The translations under genes and the position numbers were made by a program. From positions 7,658 through 71,657 of the forward strand of contig JAUIKL010000005.1 of the NCBI GenBank assembly GCA_030430625.1: DNA of 64,000 nucleotides, read 5' to 3'. This stretch comes from Gemmatimonadota bacterium (lineage in GTDB: Bacteria; Gemmatimonadota; Gemmatimonadetes; Longimicrobiales; Gaopeijiaceae). The first letter of the stretch is position 1. Each line of letters begins with the position of its first letter. Positions 42,852-54,057 of this stretch are shown here, in pieces. The notes beneath the pieces are model-generated. The model worked only from the letters and a program-made list of their open reading frames with translations, was not told the origin of the DNA and ran no database searches.

Positions 42852-42880
42852 AAGGTAGAGGCCCCTGAGGGGGGTGTCAA
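42852..42880 (-). promoter_or_regulatory. candidate sigma70-type promoter for the str operon
   Basis: Minus strand has TTGACA (42880-42875), a 17-nt spacer, then TACCTT (42857-42852). The -35 is perfect and the -10 is weak. Lies about 105 nt upstream of rpsL. Confidence 0.35.
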
Positions 42881-42909
42881 CCGGATAACGGGCCTATTGC
42901 CGGGGCTTT

Positions 42910-43554
42910 TCACCCAGCGTCGATCAGGGAGTGAACCCGTTGCGCCAATCGGTCGATCGCCTCGTGGTTTCGGGCCCCTCCTTCGATCACCACATCCGCC
43001 CATACCCGGCTGGGCTCGACGTACTCGCGGTGCATCGGTTCGACGCGGGCGACATGCTGCGCCTCGACCTGCGCGGGGTCTCGGCCGCGCTCCGCGCCGT
43101 CCCTTTCGATCCGCCGGGCGAGGCGTTGTTCGGCCGTGGTCGCGACGAAGACCCGCAGGGTCGCGAGCTCTCGCACACGCGGCTCGGCCAGAACGAAGAG
43201 GCCCTCCGCCAGGATGACGGGTGCGGGCTCGACCGAGAGGCGACTCGCGCCTCGCGTCTGTGTGACGAAGTCGTACCGGGGCCTATGAATGGTCTCACCC
43301 CGGAGCAGCGCCTCGAGGTGCCGAACGAACAGGTCGGTCTCGAGGCTGCCCGGCTCGTCGACGTTGACACGGGTCCGCTCGGCGGGAGCCAGGTGCGACA
43401 GATCGCGATAGTACGCGTCGTGTGGGAGGGACGTGCACGAGACCGGCTCCAGGGCCGCCCGGAGGCACGCCACGACGGAGGACTTCCCCGACGCACTCCC
43501 ACCCGCGACGGCCAGGAGGATGCGCTGACGAGCGGGTGAGGTGGGTCGGCCCAT
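42910..43554 (-). CDS. udk: uridine kinase
   Basis: P-loop LLAVAGGSASGKSSV, HDAYYRD, RYDF, VILAEGLF, RRIERDGAERGR, PMHREYVEPS. These match the Udk pattern along the whole length. Confidence 0.85.
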   Translation of the reverse strand: MGRPTSPARQRILLAVAGGSASGKSSVVACLRAALEPVSCTSLPHDAYYRDLSHLAPAERTRVNVDEPGSLETDLFVRHLEALLRGETIHRPRYDFVTQTRGASRLSVEPAPVILAEGLFVLAEPRVRELATLRVFVATTAEQRLARRIERDGAERGRDPAQVEAQHVARVEPMHREYVEPSRVWADVVIEGGARNHEAIDRLAQRVHSLIDAG

Positions 43555-43623
43555 CCGATCCAGTGAGTAGGTGTCGAGCGGCGACGGTGCCCGTTCGCGT
43601 GAAGACTTCTCCTGGCGTGGAGA

Positions 43624-44640
43624 CTACTTGAGGGTCGGGTCGCGACACAACGTCGGGAGCGGGCGCTCCCGGTCCGCCATCCTTTCCAGGTATCCGACGG
43701 TCGTCACGCGCAGGATCTCTCCGCGGTCGAAGCTTTCGATCAGGTGGATTTCCGTCGGCTCATAGCTGTCCAGTTCGGCCATCCCTCCGAACGCCTGCCG
43801 CCCGTCGATGCACAGCTCGACCTCCTTCAACTCCCCGCCCACCCGGCGGCAGCCGGTCAGACCCTCTTCGATCGGACACGGCTCCATGTAGATGCCGAGC
43901 CGTGCCAGCAGAGCCCGGGTGTCGACCCAGGGCCGACTCGCGACGAGCCTCCGGTCGAGGGTTTGCACCGGCATCGTAGCGACCGCACGCCGCTCCCATT
44001 CCGCCTTCGCCTCGATCGCTTCGATCCTGGCGAGCGCAACGGAGTCGGGTTCTAGGGCGATATCGAGATCGGTGGGCGTCGGGATCCTCAAGTAGCGAAC
44101 CTGGGGGACGTACCCCAGATGCCGGAACTCCATCAGGACCGGCCCCACCCGGACGTCGGGGACGGAGAACCGACCTCCGGACCGGCTCAGCGCCGGTCGC
44201 GCGCGCCGTGCCGACATGTCGCGAACCTCCGCCCCCACGAGCGGTACGCCGTCCTCCGCGTCCACGACCCGACCGACGACCGTCACTTCGTTCGACACGC
44301 TCACATCGAGACCCTCCAGCAGCACCGGTCGGGCCACGAGACCGAGGCGGAGGGGTCTGGGGGCATCGGCCGGGTCGACCGTCACCGCGAGGGTCGCGTA
44401 TCCGAGCGCCTCGACCCGCACCTCGACGAAGCCGTCCGGGAGGCCACGAAGGAAGAACGTCCCATCCGCCGCGCTCAGCGTCGCGGCTCCGGCCACGTCC
44501 ACCCGAACGATGGCTCCCGGCAAGGGCTCCGAGGAGACGGCGTCGACCACCACCCCCCGAAGATCCGTCTGGGCCGAGACCGGCGAGCACACGCCGATGA
44601 CGAGAACCAACCCGACCAGGTTCAGCCACCAACCGCGAAT
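43624..44640 (-). CDS. secreted protein with two carboxypeptidase-regulatory-like (CarboxypepD_reg) beta-sandwich repeats
   Basis: ORF 43624..44610 (TTG) is extended here to an in-frame ATT at 44640. Repeats LRGVVVDAVSSEPLPGAIVRV and VVGRVVDAEDGVPLVGAEVRD. The C-terminal half is unassigned. The start codon is uncertain (44610 or 44640). Confidence 0.6.
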   Translation of the reverse strand: MRGWWLNLVGLVLVIGVCSPVSAQTDLRGVVVDAVSSEPLPGAIVRVDVAGAATLSAADGTFFLRGLPDGFVEVRVEALGYATLAVTVDPADAPRPLRLGLVARPVLLEGLDVSVSNEVTVVGRVVDAEDGVPLVGAEVRDMSARRARPALSRSGGRFSVPDVRVGPVLMEFRHLGYVPQVRYLRIPTPTDLDIALEPDSVALARIEAIEAKAEWERRAVATMPVQTLDRRLVASRPWVDTRALLARLGIYMEPCPIEEGLTGCRRVGGELKEVELCIDGRQAFGGMAELDSYEPTEIHLIESFDRGEILRVTTVGYLERMADRERPLPTLCRDPTLK

Positions 44641-44767
44641 GGGTCACCTCCCTCCATGTCCCGCCACCCCGCCGGTCGATCGACCGGTGCACACGGGAGC
44701 GCACCCAGAGTAGCGGACACACTGCGGTCCCGACACCGCCCCTGTTCTGCCGTGAAGCGGCGAGCAG

Positions 44768-44833
44768 TGTCGGCTCAGGCGGTGTGCGGTGTCGGCTCAG
44801 GCGGTGTGCGGTGTCGGCTCAGGCCGTGTGCGG
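44768..44833. repeat. 3 x 22-bp direct tandem repeat
   Basis: GTGTCGGCTCAGGCGGTGTGCG at 44768-44789 and 44790-44811 (identical), and GTGTCGGCTCAGGCCGTGTGCG at 44812-44833 (1 mismatch). Starts 5 nt downstream of the TonB-receptor stop. Confidence 0.95.
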
Positions 44834-44838
44834 CCGCG

Positions 44839-46896
44839 TCAGAAGGGTAAGGTGTCGAAGGTCATCCGGACCCGGAGGGAGCGAGGGGCTCCCGGGGTCA
44901 CGTATGACGTCGACCGCAACTCGACGTACCGGATGTCGAGCGCGTTTCCGAGCTCGAGATCGATCGTACGCCCATCGGCGATGGTCCAGGACACCCCCGC
45001 GTCCAGGACCGAATACGCCCGCGTCCGGACCGACGGCTCCCCGATCGGGACGTGGGGCCCCGACCAACGCCACGAGAGCCGAGCTTCGACGTCGTCCGTG
45101 GCCTGGGCCAGGAGTCGCACCCGCCCGTGATGGTCGGCCAAACCGGGGACCCGGCGTGCGTCCTCGTCGGTCGACACCTCCACCGGGGTCGAACCCGCGA
45201 AGACCTCGTTGGGGTGGTCTTCATGAGCGTCCGCGTAGGGCGCGCTCAGGCGGGCGTGGTTCCAGGTGCCGCCGACCTCGACGGCGAGGCGCTCCGTGAC
45301 CGTCACGGCCAACCGTCCCTCCAGACCCTGCCGTGTGCTCTCACCCGCCCCGGAGCTGGCCAGTGTGATCGCGTCGAAGACGCGCTCGTTGTCCACGTCG
45401 ACCCGGAACGCCGACAGAGACGCCTCCCAGTCGTCACCCTCACGCTCGATCGCCAGCTCGTTCGACCAGGAGATGTACGGCTCCCGCGTCGGGTCCCCGA
45501 TGATCCCCACCGCGCTCCTGAACCCGCGTGCAGTGGTCGCCACCGCGTACCAGGACCTCGCGAGCTCGAAGCGTGCACCGAGCTTGGGGGAGACGATGGT
45601 GTTCGTCGACGAGATCCATGTCGGTTCGTCTGACAGCGTGGAGCGACTCCGGTGCCGCACGACGTCCGCGCGAAGCCCGACGTCGACCCCGAGTCGGTCA
45701 CCGGCGGTCAGTCTCCAGCGGCCGTACGCCGCGCCCGCACGATGCTGCGAGTCGAGCTCGATTTCCGGGTCGACGACCTCGCGGAGCAGCGTCAGGGCGT
45801 GTTCGTAGCGGACGTCGTCAGCCCGTCCGGACACACCGAGAAGGACGTCGCCGCGACTCGTCGTCCACCCGAGCTCGACCTGCCCCCCTCCCCCGACCCT
45901 CTCGTCCCATTCGCCCGACTGCTGGAGGAGACCGGCCCCTCCATGGTCGTGCCCGGGAATGTGGAGAAAGAATGAGTAGTCCGAGTGCATCCCCCACCCC
46001 ACTGCCTGCAGATACCCACCCGCTACGCCGGGCTGAGCGTACCGTGCGTGACCCACCACCCGCCGGGACCGCCCTCCGTCGGTGGGGTCAGTCGGAGTCT
46101 GGAAGAGCTCGGCGTTGAAGTCGGTGACGGAGACGAAGCCGGGCGAGTCCCAGCCGGATCCGTAGACCCCGACGCCGCCCTCGAGTCTACCCCGGCCGAG
46201 GGAGCGCCATCCCCGGACGAGCCCGTTCGCCAACCAGGCGTCCGATCCTTCACGCCAGCCCTCGTCCCGCGCGCCCTGAGCCCCCACGAAGAAACCCCCG
46301 TCGTCGAAGCGGCGGCCCGTGGACACGTCGCCCCGAAGGTCCCGGAAGCTCGACGCCGAGAAGGAGCCGCGTGCACCTTCGGCATCGGCCCGTGTGAAGA
46401 CTTCGACGGTCCCCGCGAGCGCGAAGTCCCCGTACAGGGGGCTCGCATTCCCCTCGATCACCCGCATCGACGCCACGGACGACGACATCAAGACGTTCCA
46501 ATCCGCGTACCCTTCGACGTGCCCGTGCGCCGGCAAATTCACCGGCACCCCGTCGATCACGAGGAGGACGTCCGACGAGTGGTCCGACGTGAAACCCCGC
46601 ATGACGACGTTCGAGGCGTAGCCCGGGCCCTGGCCCTGAGCGTGGACTTCGACCCCGGCGACGTCGCGAAGCAGCTGATACGCATCCGCCGACTGGGCAC
46701 GCCGCAGATCGACCGGACTGACCGTGAGCGCGCCGACCGGCGGAGGCGCCGAGCGCTCGCGCTCGACCGCGACCTCGATCGGCTCGAGGATGTACCGGAC
46801 GGTGTCCACCGCGATCGAATCGGGGTCCTGCGCTCCGAGTCCGGGTGACAGGCAGCCGCAGGCCGCAACCAGGCCGCATAGAATCCGCGTCTTCAT
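44839..46896 (-). CDS. TonB-dependent outer-membrane receptor
   Basis: Part of ORF 44839..47235. ATG at 46896 forms an ATGA overlap with the upstream stop. Signal MKTRILCGLVAACGCLSPGLGAQ. Plug motifs LLRDVAGVEV...NVVMRGF...VLLVIDGVPVN. C-terminal ...RVRMTFDTLPF (terminal Phe). Confidence 0.88.
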   Translation of the reverse strand: MKTRILCGLVAACGCLSPGLGAQDPDSIAVDTVRYILEPIEVAVERERSAPPPVGALTVSPVDLRRAQSADAYQLLRDVAGVEVHAQGQGPGYASNVVMRGFTSDHSSDVLLVIDGVPVNLPAHGHVEGYADWNVLMSSSVASMRVIEGNASPLYGDFALAGTVEVFTRADAEGARGSFSASSFRDLRGDVSTGRRFDDGGFFVGAQGARDEGWREGSDAWLANGLVRGWRSLGRGRLEGGVGVYGSGWDSPGFVSVTDFNAELFQTPTDPTDGGRSRRVVGHARYAQPGVAGGYLQAVGWGMHSDYSFFLHIPGHDHGGAGLLQQSGEWDERVGGGGQVELGWTTSRGDVLLGVSGRADDVRYEHALTLLREVVDPEIELDSQHRAGAAYGRWRLTAGDRLGVDVGLRADVVRHRSRSTLSDEPTWISSTNTIVSPKLGARFELARSWYAVATTARGFRSAVGIIGDPTREPYISWSNELAIEREGDDWEASLSAFRVDVDNERVFDAITLASSGAGESTRQGLEGRLAVTVTERLAVEVGGTWNHARLSAPYADAHEDHPNEVFAGSTPVEVSTDEDARRVPGLADHHGRVRLLAQATDDVEARLSWRWSGPHVPIGEPSVRTRAYSVLDAGVSWTIADGRTIDLELGNALDIRYVELRSTSYVTPGAPRSLRVRMTFDTLPF

Positions 46897-48083
46897 GATG
46901 GGGGCCACGGGTTCGCGAAGCGCGGCTCGGTGATGAACGTCGAGTCCGTCAGCGCATGGAGGTAGTCGATCAAGCCCTCGCGCTCTTCGGGCGTCAGCGT
47001 GAACCCACTCACGAAGCTGCTCTTGAACGGGTTCTCGCTTCCGACGCCCGCGTTCGGACCGAACGAGATCGTGCGTCCGCCTGCGGCATAGTGATCGATG
47101 ACCTCGTCGAGGGTCGCGATGCTCCCGTCGTGCATGTAGGGTGCCGTCAGCGCGATGTTGCGCAGTGTCGGGGCCTTGAAACGGCCCATGTCTTCGGGTC
47201 GAAGGGTGAACTCGCTCAGACCCACGTTCGGCCACGGGTATCCGCCCTCACCGTCGACGTTGTAGAGCCCCGTGTTGTGGAACTCGACCTCGGGCGAACT
47301 CTTACCCTCGAAGTCGAAGGTCCCGGTGAACATCAGCCCACCGTGGCAGTGGAAGCACTCGAGTCGCTCGGAGAAATAGAGCGCCTGTCCGAGCCGCGCC
47401 GACGCAGACAAAGCGTCCGCGTCTCCCCGTCGGAAGCGATCCACCGGGGCATCGCCCGAGATCAGTGTCCGCTGGAAGGCGGCCAGGGCTCGAGTGACCG
47501 TCGCAATCGAATAGGGGTCGACCTCGGCGGGATACGCGGCGGGAAAGAGCGTCTGATAGGTGGCATCCGCTCGCAGCCTCGCGAGGAGTTCGTCCTCCAT
47601 GCCGCTCATGCCCAGCTCGACCGGGTCCTCCCCGAAGAGTGGGCCGAGGGCCTGGTGGGAGAGTGTCGTCTCGTTCGGATTCGCCCAGTTGAGTGCCGGC
47701 TGATATCCCGGGTTCGTCAGACTCATGCTGCTGCGCGGATGGTTCTGCCCCGTCGAGCCGAGTCCGACCTCGCGCCCGTCCGTGAACGCCAACGCCTGCT
47801 GGTGACACGAGGCGCACGACTGTGTCTCGTTGGCCGACAGCCGGGTGTCGTAGAAGAGGTGTCGGCCGAGTTCGACACGCTCGGCCGTCATCGCTTCCCC
47901 TTCGGGCACCCGGGGAGGCGGGAACCCCTCGGGCAGATTCCAGTCGAAGTCCGTCGGCTCGACGAGCGTCACCCCGGGGCCGAGGACTTCGTCACCTCCG
48001 CACGCCGAAAGGGCCGTGAGGACCGCGGCCAGTGCCGCGGCCCCCACACGTCTGCGCCCCGCCGATTCGCTACAGAACCACAT
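46893..48083 (-). CDS. mbnH: di-heme cytochrome c peroxidase family lipoprotein (MauG/MbnH-like)
   Basis: Two CxxCH haem motifs (CASCHQQ and CFHCHGG). Lipobox LTALSAC. About 396 aa, as in CCP/MauG enzymes. Lies immediately downstream of an MbnP-like gene. Confidence 0.75.
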   Translation of the reverse strand: MWFCSESAGRRRVGAAALAAVLTALSACGGDEVLGPGVTLVEPTDFDWNLPEGFPPPRVPEGEAMTAERVELGRHLFYDTRLSANETQSCASCHQQALAFTDGREVGLGSTGQNHPRSSMSLTNPGYQPALNWANPNETTLSHQALGPLFGEDPVELGMSGMEDELLARLRADATYQTLFPAAYPAEVDPYSIATVTRALAAFQRTLISGDAPVDRFRRGDADALSASARLGQALYFSERLECFHCHGGLMFTGTFDFEGKSSPEVEFHNTGLYNVDGEGGYPWPNVGLSEFTLRPEDMGRFKAPTLRNIALTAPYMHDGSIATLDEVIDHYAAGGRTISFGPNAGVGSENPFKSSFVSGFTLTPEEREGLIDYLHALTDSTFITEPRFANPWPPS

Positions 48084-48094
48084 GACGGATTCGA

Positions 48095-48952
48095 CTAGCG
48101 GACCGCGATCCAGCTCTGACCGGTCGAGGTCGCACCCTCGTAGTCCAGCCCGAAGCGGTTCATGACCGCCGCACAGTCGGCATCGCCCGGGAAGGACATG
48201 CAGCCCGAGGCTCCACCGCCCTGCTGTGACACGTCACTCCCTTCGAGGAGGAGGGCGAGGTCAGCGCCGACCTCGTCTGTCTCCCAGTCGAACGATGTGA
48301 GCACGATCTCGGGTCGGTGCGCATTGGCGCACGAAGTCGCGGGTACGGTCGGGTCGCCGCTCGGCGAACATCCCGTCGAGCCCAGGTGGACGTTCCAACC
48401 GTTCGGCTGGTCGGCCGAGGTGTGGTCGATCCGCGCGAACTTGTAGCCGGCGTTCCAGTTCCAGAAGAGACCGGTGATGTCCTGGGGAGCCGCAGCCGTG
48501 GTGTGGTCGATGTGGTTCATGTCGGCAGGAACGCCGAGCACGAACCGCACACCGGTGTAGTCGCCGGCTTCGACCGTGCCGCGGAGCGAGGTGTTCATTC
48601 CGGCGGTCCCGTTCACGCAGGGGCCACTTCCGTTCTCGAAGTCGAGGAGCGCGAGACCGTCCCGCTGCCACACGCCGTCGTCCTCGAGCTCGACTGCGAC
48701 CATGTCGCCACCCGAGGTCGTCAGGTACACGTCGTGCACGTAGAAACGGAAGTCGATCGGGGTGATCTCGGTCGAGGCCGTCCCGATGCCGGCGTACGAC
48801 TGGCCGCACGCGAAATCGGATCCGTCGACGAGGGCCGCGAAGGCGATCGTCACGTCGATGGGGCCGTCCGGCTCCATCATGTCGTCGTCACAAGCGGCAA
48901 CAGCGGCCACGGCGAGGCCGAGGGTCATCGTCTTCTTGAGCATATGCAGCAT
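48095..48952 (-). CDS. mbnP: MbnP-like (WxW-motif, Cys-containing) putative copper-binding lipoprotein
   Basis: Lipobox LAVAAVAAC. FWNWNAGYKFARIDH contains the WxW signature I associate with the MbnP / 'metallo-mystery pair' partner family. Seven Cys. Obligate-looking pairing with the di-heme enzyme 12 nt downstream. Confidence 0.6.
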   Translation of the reverse strand: MLHMLKKTMTLGLAVAAVAACDDDMMEPDGPIDVTIAFAALVDGSDFACGQSYAGIGTASTEITPIDFRFYVHDVYLTTSGGDMVAVELEDDGVWQRDGLALLDFENGSGPCVNGTAGMNTSLRGTVEAGDYTGVRFVLGVPADMNHIDHTTAAAPQDITGLFWNWNAGYKFARIDHTSADQPNGWNVHLGSTGCSPSGDPTVPATSCANAHRPEIVLTSFDWETDEVGADLALLLEGSDVSQQGGGASGCMSFPGDADCAAVMNRFGLDYEGATSTGQSWIAVR

Positions 48953-49111
48953 GGTGTCCTACCCACTGAGAAAGGGTGATCGGTCGTCGGGTGACGCGCG
49001 CCATCCGTGCGATGGGCGGTCAGGCACTACCTCGGAAGCGAGGAGTTCCATACGACGAGATCAGCCGCACACCCACGTCGGGTACGGCTCGGCCTTCGGT
49101 CCGCGGAACTC

Positions 49112-49513
49112 CTAGAGGAGGGCGGGAGGGCCGTTCGGGTAGGGAAGGACGTACGCAGGGGTGGCGATCACCACCTCGACCGCGGGAACGACATCGGCCA
49201 CCGCGTCGGTCGAGGCCGACGCGACCGTAGCAGTCGTCGGGACGAGGAGGAACTCCTGTCCCGCCGGCTGACAACAGAAGCCGCACAGGCCGCAGTCGTC
49301 TTCTTCCTGCGAATCGGACGGGCCGTGCTCGGCATGCGCGGGACGCGCCATCTCGTGGCCCGCCATCTCATGGCCGGCCATCATCCCGTGGCCACTTCCG
49401 GCCGTCTCGTGCCCGAGACAACAGGCGTGCACGAGCGAAGAGGCCGCATGCACCATGACCAGGAGGGTCAGGACCGCGGCGCCGAACCGGTAGGAACGAG
49501 ACAACGTACTCAT
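49112..49513 (-). CDS. small secreted His/Met/Cys-rich protein (putative metal-binding)
   Basis: 133 aa. N-terminal hydrophobic signal/anchor FGAAVLTLLVMVHAASSLVHA. GHGMMAGHEMAGHEMARPAHAEH tract, acidic SDSQEEDD, Cys cluster CGLCGFCC, Pro-rich end. G/C-rich third positions support coding. Confidence 0.6.
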   Translation of the reverse strand: MSTLSRSYRFGAAVLTLLVMVHAASSLVHACCLGHETAGSGHGMMAGHEMAGHEMARPAHAEHGPSDSQEEDDCGLCGFCCQPAGQEFLLVPTTATVASASTDAVADVVPAVEVVIATPAYVLPYPNGPPALL

Positions 49514-49575
49514 ACTTCTGAAACGTAACGCGGCTCGGGCCGAGCGGGAGCCTTCAGCGGGCGAATGCCGCGCGA

Positions 49576-49600
49576 GGCCGCCTCTTCGGCGGAGGCGGCC
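49576..49600 (-). other. GC-rich hairpin (9-bp stem) between rpoC and the small metal-protein gene
   Basis: GGCCGCCTC-TTCGGCG-GAGGCGGCC. No T tract on either strand. Confidence 0.5.
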
Positions 49601-49624
49601 CGGCTACCCCAAACGGGAGCCAGC

Positions 49625-49657
49625 GTAGGCCCGAGGAGCGGCGCCCCTCGGGCCTAC
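49625..49657 (-). terminator. rpoC-proximal terminator-like hairpin
   Basis: Perfect 12-bp stem GTAGGCCCGAGG / CCTCGGGCCTAC with a 9-nt loop, beginning 5 nt after the rpoC stop. The downstream T tract is weak (GTTT), so termination efficiency is unknown. Confidence 0.55.
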
Positions 49658-49661
49658 ACCA

Positions 49662-53969
<4,308 letters not shown>

Positions 53970-54057
53970 GTGTATTAAGCCTCTTTGGCACAGATAGCAG
54001 ACTGGGGTACTTCACCTTCGAAAGCGTTCGACTCGGACGCGGCCGAGATCGACGCCC

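Noticed and set aside
44768-44833. CRISPR array.
   Set aside because: Only three directly abutting 22-bp units with no spacers, and no cas genes anywhere in the window. It is reported as a plain tandem repeat.
44839-49513. Methanobactin (chalkophore) biosynthetic gene cluster.
   Set aside because: MbnP-, MbnH- and MbnT-like genes are present, but there is no MbnB (DUF692) or MbnC partner. There is also no short Cys-containing MbnA-type precursor. The 133-aa His/Met/Cys protein is much longer than MbnA and has a signal peptide.
42746-49661. Genomic island or integrated mobile element between rpoC and rpsL.
   Set aside because: There is no integrase, transposase or phage gene, no flanking direct repeats and no tRNA attachment site. 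By eye, codon style (G/C-rich third positions) looks the same as in the flanks. It is kept only as a synteny observation.
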